In this document: piece after piece, positions 1 to 64,000 of the stretch
How the letters are laid out: every line of letters begins with the position of its first letter
Numbering within the stretch: position 1 is the stretch's first letter
Origin: the human T2T-CHM13v2.0 reference genome, Homo sapiens
DNA length: 64,000 nt
NCBI RefSeq assembly: GCF_009914755.1
Contig: NC_060930.1
Direction: 5' to 3' (one strand)
Notes under the pieces: model-generated
Databases searched by the model: none
Told to the model about the DNA's origin: nothing
Seen by the model: only the letters and a program-made list of their open reading frames with translations
Made by a program: the position numbers and the translations under genes

Positions 1-36966
<36,966 letters not shown>

Positions 36967-37750
36967 GGAGAGCCACCGAAGGCCCCAACAGGGGATGCTC
37001 ATCACTGGAGACTGCGACTGGGAAGAACACTGCCCCCTCCCTCGGGTTGGGTGGCCCAGCCAGCTGGCCAGCCTCCACTCCCACTCTGCCAGACACCCTG
37101 ACACCCACCCAGGCTTTGAAGAGCATGGAGGGGGAGCCTCAGAGCTGACAGTCCTGCTTAGAGCCCTTAAAAAGACTTGAAAGTTCACTGGGACTCAGTT
37201 TACCTTAATGCCTTAGCAGAAGATAAATCCTACCTAGAGACCTTTGTTCCTTAAAGCAATAACTGACAACTCTTTGTAGTCCTCCTTGTGGGTAGTTAAG
37301 AGTGGGGTCACCCCTTTAACTCCAAGCACTACATTTTGGCGGCTGCCGGCCTCTGGGGGAGGTGGCAGTTATGCTGTTACTAGTGATTTTAGGGCTTGTT
37401 ATTTAACTTATTTCAAGGGTGCTGTGCTCAGCCCTGCCCATGGCTGTGCAGCTCCCTCCGTGCCTCAGATCTGCTGTAGCCAGTGCAGACCTCACTGTCG
37501 TGTCCATGCCACCCCCGGCATGGCTCCAGGTGGCCTGGTGACTCCATGATGGACGATCTTGCTCCCAGGACCTGCCTCTTCCCAGGCTTCCTGGGGAAGA
37601 GTTGTACGCCCAGGCAACAAGGGCTGAGCTGCGCTTGCGTGGCTGTTTCATGACCGCTTGTTTTTCTCCTTTTGGTGTAATGTTTTACAAATCCTTTGGC
37701 CTGAGAACTAATATGTTAATTGCCTTAAATAAATTAATAGAAATCTAGTC
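36967..37750 (+). other. ITPR3: ITPR3 3'UTR (end approximate)
   Basis: From stop codon to ~15-20 nt past the AATAAA. Confidence 0.85.
37728..37733 (+). terminator. ITPR3 polyadenylation signal AATAAA
   Basis: Canonical hexamer after U-rich/TGTA upstream elements, GT-rich tract downstream. Confidence 0.85.
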
Positions 37751-37970
37751 CGTTAAAAAGGGATGTGTTTCCTGCACTCCCCCGGGGGCTGTGGGGATTA
37801 ACAGGACACACTGGCAGAAGACAGGAACAAGAGCCCCTCCCTGCTGGCCTGGCCTCTCAGGCTCTCAGGAGATACGCTGAGTGACATCCTGTCTCAAGGG
37901 TCCTCCCCTGAGATTTGCCTACCCAGAACTGCATTTCGGCATAACTGGTTTCTACGGCAGTCCTGTCGAT

Positions 37971-37976
37971 TTTATT
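37971..37976 (-). terminator. UQCC2 distal poly(A) signal
   Basis: TTTATT on + strand (AATAAA on -), ~860 nt past the stop. Confidence 0.65.
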
Positions 37977-38773
37977 TTATGCATTTCAGAACATCCTGAG
38001 GAGTCTAGACACAGACGAGGTTAAGAACCCACTTCCACTTTGTACCCACCAGGGCCGCTGTGGGCCCAGCCCTGTCCCTCACGGTTCCAGAGAGAAGGAT
38101 GCTCAATATCAGTAAGAGCCAAGGTTCCATGGAATAATGAGGTGACCCTGTGTGTGTCCTCAGCCAGCAGGGCCTCTGACTTGTGGCCACCTACAGAACC
38201 TGCCCACAGTGCTGAAGCCAACTGCAGCTGAGGCCCCGCTTGGCCAAGGCCTGTCTATAGCTTCCCTGTCCCTTAAGCCAACTGGGCAATGTGGGTTTTT
38301 GCAAGGTCAGGGATAGAGGCCTAAGGTCCATCCTTCTCTGAGTCAGTGGGGATGAGGGCCAAGCAGGCTTTTTGCCTCTCTCGGCCTCACACCTCCCTAC
38401 TGCTTTCTGTTTGCAACAGGATGCCCTATTCAGTATTTACTGCTATTTTTGGCTTCCTCCCAGGAGCTCCTACAACAAAAGGGAGCCTGAGTATCTTGCC
38501 AGGAGACACCAGACCCGTGCCAGAGGGGCGGGGGCTCCCGTGGCAATGCAGGAAGCACCTTGTGCCGAGGCCCCATTACCCTCATCAGGCCCAGAGGGAA
38601 ACCTGCATTTCCTCTCCCCAGGAGATTTCCCTACCCTGAGCAGCAGTCACAGCAGATAGCTCAATCACCATCCCTTCTCAGGCTGAAACTTTCTTTAGAG
38701 CAGCAAGGGCTTCCTTTCTGGGAAAGCTAGAGGAGATTCCCAAACCGTAAGGTCAAGGGGAAACTGGGGCAGT

Positions 38774-38779
38774 TTTATT
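38774..38779 (-). terminator. UQCC2 proximal poly(A) signal
   Basis: AATAAA on - strand ~60 nt past the stop; TGTA upstream. Confidence 0.7.
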
Positions 38780-38837
38780 GACGATGGCAATGTACAAGAC
38801 TCCACACCTAGGTATGTGCACGAGGTAAGGCCTGAGC

Positions 38838-52869
<14,032 letters not shown>

Positions 52870-53479
52870 CTTGGGCCCCGCGTGTTCCCGCCTTAGCGGG
52901 AGGAGTCGGCGCCGACGAATGGCGCTTGCGCACTAAGCCTCGCCGCCTGCCTTAGGAGTGGAGCGGGAGGCCGGAGTGGGCATGCGCGACTTTGTAGGCG
53001 CACCGCTACTCTCCGTGTAGGGGCGCTGCTCGCCTTTCTCTGCAAGCCGAGCTAATTCAGTCTTCGTCCTCCTGGAACCGGCCCAGCTCCCAGGGGCAAG
53101 GCGGACGTGGAGTACCCCAGAGACAGCTTTGCGTCTCTTTTTCAATGACTGCACAAGCTTGAGACTAAAAAACCCTCCCCCGAGGCCTCCGCTGTTTTGC
53201 ATAAACCAATATATTTGCATGTAAATACAGGTTACTGGATGAAAATATGTTTGAACGTTGTTCGTGGGTGCCCCCGTACCTGTCACTATCCCTTGGTACT
53301 CGGCCTCAATTCCTTCTTTAGTGCTTCCTAGTTCTTGTTCTTCTCTGCCCAGTCCCTGTTAGTATCCCTTCTGTTCCCCCCTTCCTACCCCTCATAAGCC
53401 AGACATTTTTCTCTGGGAGGCGCAGGTTTTCTAGCATGAGCAATGCCAACTGTGTTGATTCAGACTAGAAAAACTTTTT

Positions 53480-54890
<1,411 letters not shown>

Positions 54891-56060
54891 GTTTGTTTTA
54901 TCAAGTCTTCTCTTATATGTCTCTAGCTACATCACCATGTGGACTAATTTTTGTTCTCAAAAGACTGTCCCACCATCTGCATTTTTCATAAGAAAGCCTC
55001 AGCCCCCCGTATATCTCCACTATCCTGTATTTAGCCAAGACCATCCAATGTGTACAAAACTTTGCTTCCTCCAAACCTTTTCCTTCTTGCCTTACCTACA
55101 TTTTAAAGGTGAATCTAGGAGAGTCCTGCCTTCAAGAAGTTGATGGCCAAGTCTGGGAATGTGTACATAACCAGGACACAAAGTTACAGATGACGAGAGC
55201 TTTAACTGAAGTGTTAGACAATGCTAGAGAGTTTGGAGAAACAGATGTCTGCTGTTCAGGGGAGAGTGGGAGAAGATCAGGGATGGCTCCAAGAACAGCC
55301 AGAGGCAGGCCTGGGGTGGCAATGGGAAAGAGAGGGAGGAGTTTAATTTGAGGAAAGATCAATGGGTGATTTTAACTGGAATGGCTTTAACTGTTCCGAA
55401 GATGTTAGGAGTCAAGACCATTAAAGGAAAACCTCTGGGGACCAGAATGTGTGATGCCCGCTGAGGTAAGGAGAGTTCAGGGGGAGTGGAAAATGAGGCG
55501 CCCAAGGGCACCTTCTCCAGAAAGCTCCCCTGATTAACCCCACCAGGTTCCCAGCCCAGCAGTCCCTCCTTGCTCCATCCTCACCTCATAGCCATGTAGT
55601 TTTGATGACACCCCTAAGGCACAAAGGGCAAGGATTGTATCTATTTACTTACCAAGGTCCAGGCACCTAGGGCTGTGCTGGGTGCCCCGAGGCGCTGTCA
55701 TAGCCGTGGCTTTGAAGAGCACCTGACTGGTCCACATCTGTCCCAGGAGGCAGAGCCAAGGTCCCTCTGTCTTAGGCAACCAAAAAGTAACATTAGGTGG
55801 CAGCAAATGGTTTTCATGCTGCTTGAGGTACAAGGACAATGAGAGGTTGAGAAGAATGCTGGGCTCCAGAGGAAGCGCAAACAGATGCTTCCTCCTAAGG
55901 TGCTCCCTTCCCCTGTACCCTAGCTTCTCCGTCAGGCTGTGGTTGTCCCTGGTTCTGACTGCCCTGCCCACCTCTCTTCCTCCATATGGAGGTTGTTTGG
56001 CATGGTAGTTAAGTAGTAGGGTTATGGAGTCTGAGAGACCTGTTTGGAATGTAGGCTTGC

Positions 56061-56095
56061 TCATTCATTCATTCATTCATTCATTCATTCATTCA
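56061..56095. repeat. (CATT)n microsatellite
   Basis: ~8 perfect units. Confidence 0.9.
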
Positions 56096-56125
56096 CTTAC
56101 TCACTGATCTATAGCCCTGATCACT

Positions 56126-56585
56126 CTATCAGTATAATTTTCTGGGGCCCAGTGCAAAATGAAAATGTAAAGCCCTTTGTTAAAAAATTGTTAAGGCCGG
56201 GCGTGGTGGCTTGTGCCTATAATCACAGCTACTTGGAGGCGGGAGGATCACTTGAGCCCAGGAGTTCGAGACCAGCCTGGGCCACATAGCGAGACCCGCA
56301 TCTCCCCAAAAATTTAAAAAATTAGCTGAATGTGGTGGTGCACACCTATAGTCTTAGCTGTGTGGGAGGATGGCTTGACTGCTTTGAACCTAGGAGTCAG
56401 AGGCTGTAGTGAGCTGTGATTACACCACTGCACTCTAGCCTGGGTGACAGAGTGAGACCTTGTCTCTAAAAAAATTGTTAAGAATTTCAAGACAATAACA
56501 GCAGAGCATTAAAGCAAATGTAGCCCCTTCTGAGTGCAGGGCCCTGGGCGACTGTGCAGGCCACACACCCATGAAGCTGGCTCTG
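56126..56585 (-). mobile_element. MER45A-like hAT element interrupted by AluJ (~56195-56475, +)
   Basis: ggggcccagtgcaaaatgaaaatg..cccatgaagctggctctg; Alu TSD aaaaaattgttaag. Confidence 0.8.
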
Positions 56586-57014
56586 AGTTCCTGTCATGTG
56601 GTAGACAAGACAGGTGAGGGCCCTGCCCCTATGAGGACAGACAGCAACCAAGCAAACATATAATAATAATAGTGCTCTATATGTATTAGCTCATTTGCTG
56701 AATGAACAAGATAATTTCAGATGTGATAAGTGCGAAGGAGAGATCAAGGCAGGGTGCTGGGTCCACAGTGATTGGGGCAGGGGAGGGGTCAGTGGTCTGG
56801 AGGCCATCCCTGAGCAGCTTGTGAGTCACCTGAGGGGGCAGCCACGGGAAGATGGGCATGAGAGGCTTCCAGGAACAGGGCAGCAAAGGCAAAGGTCTTC
56901 AGAGCAGCCAACCCCAGGCGGGTTATTTAATTGCTGTAAGCTTCAGTTTCTTCATCTTAAAATGAGAACTATGATGATAAATTAACACCGAGTATTTACT
57001 ATGTGCCAGCACAA

Positions 57015-57343
57015 TTTTTTTTATTTTAATTTTTTATTTTTATTTTTTCTTTTTTAGAGACAGGGTCTCACTCTGTCACCCAGGCTGGAGTGTAGGAGCA
57101 CAATCATAGCTCACTGCAGCCTCGAATTCCTGGGCTCAAGCGATCTTCCTGCTTCAGCCTCAGCCTCCTGAGTAGCTGGGACTGCAGGTGGCCACCACGA
57201 TGCCCAGTTAATTGTTTTATTTTTTGTGGAGATGGGGTCTCGCTATGTTGCCCAGGCTGATCTCGAATCCTGGACTCAAGTAATCCTCTGGGCTTGGCCT
57301 CCCAAAGTGTTGGGATTATAGGCATGAGCCACTGTGCCCAGCC
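57015..57343 (-). mobile_element. AluJ-type
   Basis: Full diverged dimer. Confidence 0.9.
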
Positions 57344-57359
57344 CAGGCACAATTCTAAA

Positions 57360-57540
57360 TGCCTTACATGTATGGACTCATTTAGTCCTCACAATGGCTC
57401 TCAGATTTATGTACTACTGTTATCCTGCCATTTTTACAGAAACTGAGGAAACTGAGGCACAGAGAGGATAAGGTCACCAGCTGGTAAGTGGCAGAGCCAG
57501 GACTTGAGCCCAGGCTGGGTGGCTCAGAGCCGTGCTCTTG
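57360..57540 (-). mobile_element. MIR
   Basis: ttttacagaaactgaggaaactgaggcacagagagg..aaggtcac. Confidence 0.75.
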
Positions 57541-58647
57541 GCCACTCCCTCAGGCACCTCTTCAGGCCCCCTTGCAGCATTATCATCGTAAACCATGTGC
57601 GTGGTGTGTTTATACACCTGGTGTAGCCTTGGCCAGTGCCAGCACAAAGTAAGCCAACACATCGCAGTGGCTCTTATTGATCATTTTCTAGGCCCTTTTC
57701 CTTTCCCTGTGCCTGAAGGTGGTTTCAGCCAGTCTGGACTGACCCGCTTGTCAATCACCCAGCGCCATTCCTAGCACATTAATAGGCACTGCCTGGAATG
57801 CAGCTGGGTGGTGCCAGCACCTTGGGGAGTTGATGACCATTTTAACACCTACCTGCCGGCTGTCACTCATTCCACACTGAATGCCTCATTGAAAACCCCC
57901 ACCAGGGCCTCACCTCCCAAGTCATTTGGAATGGGTATTTGGGCTTTATGGAACGCTGATTGCTCTTTATAGAAACTAGGCACCATCAGGGGGAGGAGAG
58001 AGGAGGGAGGGAGCACTTCTTCGGTTTTTCAAGTTATAATGATCCCAGTAATCGAGACACCGAATTGCACATTTAAATCGCTTGCAAGTAAAAAATATCG
58101 TTTTGTAATGCTGGTGTTAATAATGTAAACATTAAAAAGGAATTAAATACTTAGCTTCATTGTGGAGCACAACTGCGTGAGTTTTCTTCTTTCACCTTAT
58201 TCAACTGGAGGAAACGATTGGCTGCAATACCCAGATATGTTACCCAAAAAGTGGGTCTGGACTTGCATCAGAATAGTGAGTCATTTCATGCCTCCTGTTA
58301 AAGGTAGCTGGAAGGGTCACTCTGGTAATAGACTGCTGCCTTATTCTGGAGGTGAGCTTTTTTTAAAGGCATGTAAGTGTTTGAGGTGTGCTGGGATAGG
58401 CTCAATGGGGACCTGAAGTGCAGCCGAATATATCCAAAGCCCCTCAGTTCTGCTGAGATGCCTGTCATCTGCCCCAGGGATCTGCTGCCTCTCTGCATCT
58501 GTTCCGTAGTAGATGTCACCTGAGAGCAGGTTTCCTGACCCTCATCTAAAGTAGCAGCCTCTTCTCTCTTGTTTGCTTTTGCCTCAAAGCACTGGTCACT
58601 GTTTGACAGCAGGGCCTGGTACCCACTCATCTGTAAATATTTGTTGA

Positions 58648-59139
<492 letters not shown>

Positions 59140-60009
59140 TGACTCTCAAACTTTCTGTCCCATTTCAGGGCAGTCTAGTAGTGGAAGGGAGAAGTTCTGA
59201 GGATGCATAATAAAAATGGCCCGAGCCTGGCTGCAAGTCAGCCTGCCTGGCTGGCGCTCAACTCAGTGTTGTCCCAGGCTGCTTTTCCCCCTCCCTCCCT
59301 CCCCTCTAAATCTTGGCACCGCACACTTTCATTTTAGTTCTTTTCCTCATCTTCTGTTTTATGTTTTTGGCCACAGAGGATGCAGATTTAAATCAAAAGT
59401 CAGCTTAGATCATTTTGAAGAGCTGCTGATGAGTGGTCTTGCCTTGCCATTTGTTTTATTAGACTGCATCCTGCCCTTCCCTGCGTGGTTTAAAAGCTCT
59501 GTGCAGCTAGGAAGAGTGATGGGGCTGCCAGGGTGCTGCCCAGAGGCCCAGGGCTTCCTGATGACATTGCATTATGGAAAAGCTGTAATAACATTCCACT
59601 CTTTAGCCTCCTCTTTAATCACACAGGGGACACTGGAGGGATGGGGTGGCGGTGGGGGATGAATATCTCCCAGGCTGCCCTGAGCCCCTGCTCCACAGAG
59701 ATGGGAAGGATCCATGTTTGCTCTTCCACATCTCCTATCTGGAGGACCAAGTTAGAGTTCCCGTGGGACCGAAGAGGAAACTGAGGTAGGGGAGATGCTT
59801 AGGAGATCTACCAGCACTCGGAGCACACTAACCGTATGAGGACATGGGCAGAGGAAGGATCTAGGTCAGAACCTGCAGCCCTGGCACTGCCAGGCCCCTG
59901 CCATCCCCTCACGCTCTCCACTTGCTCTGTATGTCTTTGTTTCTCCTTAGGTCAGGTATCAACTTGACTTGAGGTTTATGGAGAAAGAGGTTCTCATCAA
60001 ACCTATTTC

Positions 60010-60315
60010 CTCTTTTTAGGCACACAGTTAATTATATGACACATCAGACCCCCTGGCATCTGGGTGGGGCCACATGGCTAGTTCTTGCCCATGGGAGGTA
60101 GATGTGCCTTCTCCCTGCTGTCTGACTTTTACCCATCAACAGCAGCCTTGTAGATTGTGTTTGAAGAGGGTGGTGTCACATGATGGAAAGAACCTGGGTT
60201 CCTGAATGACTGTGTGGAGCAGGGGGCTCTCCGCTAACCACATTGGATTGTAACATTATGCTGCTGATACTTGGGGATTGTTTGTTAGCAGTTAGCCTAA
60301 CTCCAACTAATACCT
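60010..60315 (+). mobile_element. MLT1-type LTR fragment
   Basis: gatggaaagaacctgggttcctgaatgactgtgtggagcag..ttggggattgtttgttagcag..ctaatac. Confidence 0.7.
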
Positions 60316-60900
60316 GTGTATTACTAATTCAGTTATTCAATTAGTAATTACTAATACCTGTGTACCTCGATTCAAAAAAGAAGAGGGCTCTTCCCTTACC
60401 CAGTTGGGTAAGGGAAGCCAGCCGAGAGGCTCTTACAGTCTTCCAGACAAGAGGGAGCCGTAGAGGTAGAAGTTTCAGAGGTCCTTTTTAGTTTTCATGT
60501 TCAGGGGTTTCTCCATTTCCATCTTAATCTCTCAGTGCCCAAGTATATCAACCCCTTGTGGCCACTCCAAACCGTTACTTGCCATTCCCTGGGCAGAATG
60601 CTCGATTCCCCTTTCCCATACTTGTTGATACTTTTCCTGGAACACCTGCCCCTCTTCATCACGTTTCAGACTTGACTCTCTTTCAAGTTGCAGCTCAAAC
60701 ACCACCTCCGCAATCACCCCATGAGGCGGTGAGCCCTCGCTGCCGCTCCTCTCTGGGTAGCACTGCACAGCTGAGCAGATGGTCCTCATCCCCTCTTGAA
60801 GCACCCGTGAGATTTTCATAAGGAGGTCTGACTCCTCTGTTAAATTATGAGGTTCCTAGCAATAACGATATGATCCTCACGCTTCCTTGTTTCCTGTATA

Positions 60901-61179
60901 GGCCTTAACACTGTGTTGTTTGTACTGGGCACTCAAGAAGGAAGGGAGGGAGTCAGGGAGGGAGGGAGGGAGGGAGGACTGATTAATGAAATCACAAACA
61001 AATGAATGAGCTACTTAGCCAGATTTTCAAGGGCTTAGCACTGTGTTGTATGTACCAGACACTCAGTAAATACTTGGTGAGAAGGAAGGAGGGAGGGAGG
61101 GAAGGCAGGAAGGAAAGAAGGAAAGAAGGACAGAATAATGACATCACAAATGAACGATCTACTTGACTAGATTTTCAAG
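60901..61179. repeat. Diverged ~130-150 bp tandem duplication with (GGAG/GGAA)n cores
   Basis: Two units cttaRcactgtgttg..ctactt..agattttcaag. Confidence 0.8.
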
Positions 61180-62849
61180 TGTTTCCACCATCTGGGCTCA
61201 TTCCATTTCTCTTCTACTACTTCCAACCACAAAACCCCCATTCCAAATGGGTTGTTCTGTCTACAGACTCATGGGCATGCTGGACTTTTCCTTTCCCCCA
61301 CTCTCCACCCGCCCTCCCCTCACCCATCGCCCAGCCCTTCTCCACTCCTGTCACCCTTCAGGGTTCAGATGGAGCTCCACCTCCGTCAACAGTGTTAGTG
61401 ATGCCCCTGTTCTGAACGAACATCTTCAACTGTAAATGATAGGGTTGATCGTCTGCCCCACACAGGTGATCCTCTGTCTCACTTGGTCCTGTCTTGCATG
61501 GTTTGTGTCAGTTCATGTGTGTTATTCTTGCCTCCCTATCTAGAATACAGGCTCCCCAAGAGCTGCATCTTCTCCAGCATGAGCCGGGAGATGAGCAAGG
61601 AATAGCTGCTCAGTGTACTCTTGCTGACTGCCAGATTATTTAGGGCTCCCTCACTCTTTTTGCCATTTTCAAGTAAACACAGATTGGAGACCAAAAACAT
61701 ACACACCCCACCATCTCTTCTTTCCATGCCTTTCTCCTCTCCTGCTTCCCAGATTGGAGCAACTGGGTGGGCTCATTCAGTTTCTAAATTCATTGAGTTT
61801 CTGAATCTGCAGAGTCATGCGCAAATTTTCAGATCACAGCAACCCCTCGGAGTCTGTTAGTCCAGTAAGAATGCGCTAAAACCAGTAGACAACTTTGTTC
61901 CCCCAACTTTTTTTTTTTTAAACAACAAATTACTTTTTTTAGGGACATATTTAGGAGGAGATGGGAACATGGGCTGGGCCTCAAATGATTTGGAGGAAGA
62001 AGAAGGCCTCATACATGAGGGGTGCCATGGGGTAAAGGAATAGCTGAGAGAGGGGGCATCACCTGGGCAAGAATTGGGACCCCAGCCACAGAGAATAGTT
62101 GTGACACAGCTAATGACCTGGGTGGGCCAGCCCCCAAAGACTTGGATTCCAGCTGATCATCTCTGTGCCATCCTCGGGCAAGTCCCCTCACACTGAGAGC
62201 TGAGAACAGGTGGAGAAATGAGAAGCTAAGCAGGGGGTTTGGACTTGGTTGATGTGGTTCCAGATTCTCAAACAAGGAACTGGCCTGGAAAAGGCAGTAT
62301 TTAGGGCTCTGTTTTGTCATTAGCAAATATTTAGTTTTAGGCTGACTCCCTTTTGTCGCCCAACATGCTCTGACTCAACTCTCCCACCTTGGGCACACAG
62401 CATGCAAATGAATCACATCATTGCCTTGGCCAAACATAATTTGGGAAGTGAACCTGCTTAGAAACCCATAGAGTATGTTCTAAAATTAAACAAAAGGTTT
62501 TGTTTTGTTTTTTTTGTTTTTGTTTTTTTAATTATCCAGTCCATTCTTTCTTTTTATTAGTGTGGATTTTGGAGTGTGGATAGTAATTATCCATGAGAAT
62601 AAAAAAATTACTTAATTGTACATTGTATGAGATTCAAATAAAAGGACCACTTCTCAGGTCTGGTGCCTCCCTTGCAGATACATGCAAATATTTTATTAGC
62701 CACCATTTCCACCCGAGTTCCCTGAAGGATTGTAGGAAATCAGTGAACTGTTCTTGTGGTATATGCTAGTCGCTCATAAATTGGAACTACCACACAGTGT
62801 GATCAGAATAAACAAATGGAAAGGGTAATAAGGCACACCAATAATCACT

Positions 62850-63902
62850 GGTGACCTCAGCAATTTTATTAACAAATTTATTTCCCTAATTGGGTAACGT
62901 ATCTCAGTGCTTGACTCAAGGGCATCGTAATAGGTTTCCATACTGCAGAAGAAGGAATTAATTAGAACTGTTTGTTCTTATTCCATATTTACACTTGTCC
63001 ACCAGTCTTGTAAACATTGCCCCTGGTTTCCTCCGTCCTCCAGGTTCTTCTGACTCCCCAACCCACCCCCAAAATAAATAAATAGAAAGCAGAGAGTAGA
63101 GCAGGACGTCAGTGGTCCCTTTTTATGTGCGTTCACCCCCACTGCAAGCCGCGTCTCATGGTCAGAATGTGGCAGAATGGGGAACTCCAAAGTCTGCTAA
63201 GAGATTCCTCATTTTAAGAGATTTTGGGGGAAAAAAAGGAAAAAAAAGCCTGTAAAGGGACCCTCCTTTCCACAGGCAAAAATGGAGAATCTGGGGTCTT
63301 GCTTTGCCAGAGCTCATGCCTGGGCTTGGCTTTGTCCACTTAGAAGCTGGGTGCAGAGCAGGTGAGATGGGTAGATCTCTTCTGCTTCATCCTGTGTCAC
63401 CTAAAACTCCGCTTAGGAAGATAAGAGGCATTCATGAGCTCTGCCTGCCCTTGGAGCGAGCAGTCCATACAAGGAGAAAAACCATGAGCTCATGAACTCA
63501 CTCTTCAAGGCTGCTTCAAGTCAAGTTTTCTGCCTCACAGCTTGTGCGGACTGCAGCATGGCAACGAGTAAACATTTTTAGATGCAAATATTCCAGAATG
63601 TCAGCAATGCTGGCCTCTAACTTGGGCTGCCCCCTCCAGTGTACTCCAGAAGGTGCCACTTTATCCTGGCTGTCTGTTCTCCGATGAGCAGCATTAGAGC
63701 ATAATGCCAGGGGATATGGAATCACCTCCAGAGCTGATTTGTTCAGCAGCTGTTAATATAGTCTGCCATATATAGAGATGGTTTTTGAAGGTAGATAGGA
63801 CTATTATGAAGACATCTAAGGGGTGTCTGGACTACCCTAGCAACCAACAGGTCTCTATTTGAGATCTATAGCCCAGAAGAATCCAGATAAGCCCAGGAAG
63901 TT
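62850..63902 (-). other. IP6K3: IP6K3 3'UTR (end approximate)
   Basis: From stop to tandem AATAAA on - strand (62865-62870, 62877-62882). Confidence 0.75.
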
Positions 63903-64000
63903 TCATTCTCCCTCTTGGATATCCTGCAGGATCCTGATGAGGTTTTCCAGGCCAAAAATATAGCCAGGGTCTGGTCCATCGTAGGTGGTGTGCTCATTCC
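63903..64000 (-). CDS. IP6K3: IP6K3, inositol hexakisphosphate kinase 3; last coding segment (5'-partial)
   Basis: Reverse complement reads NEHTTYDGPDPGYIFGLENLIRILQDIQEGE*, with the IPK-family C-terminal D-x-G-Y-x-F-G-L motif. Confidence 0.93.
   Translation of the reverse strand, partial: NEHTTYDGPDPGYIFGLENLIRILQDIQEGE

Overview
Human genomic DNA from the ITPR3-UQCC2-IP6K3 locus (6p21.31), identified by recognising the encoded proteins; no database search was run. Plus strand, 1-~37750: the 3' part of ITPR3 (type 3 IP3 receptor), from the end of exon 5 through exon 58. All 53 introns are GT-AG. Exon lengths add up to the known 2671-aa protein if exon 5 ends at c.528, and on that numbering the landmark residues V615, S916, S934, T1424, S1832 and R2524 fall correctly. 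Minus strand: the complete 4-exon UQCC2 gene (126 aa, CpG-island promoter ~52.5-53.1 kb), tail-to-tail with ITPR3, and the last 98 coding nt plus 3'UTR of IP6K3 at the window end (missed by the ORF track). MIR3934 lies on the + strand, antisense within UQCC2 intron 3. The remainder is intronic or intergenic with Alu, MIR, L1, L2, MER and LTR remnants (family calls by eye). I found no new gene or new multi-gene system. The most interesting observations are: an apparent tandem exon duplication (ITPR3 exons 46/47); a dense one-strand array of nuclear-receptor half-sites in intron 28; an open in-frame intron at the position of the ITPR1 SII splice insert; the non-reference Q1850 allele; a MIR-derived miRNA just past the ITPR3 poly(A) site; and a template-switch-like scar cluster at 60.3 kb.
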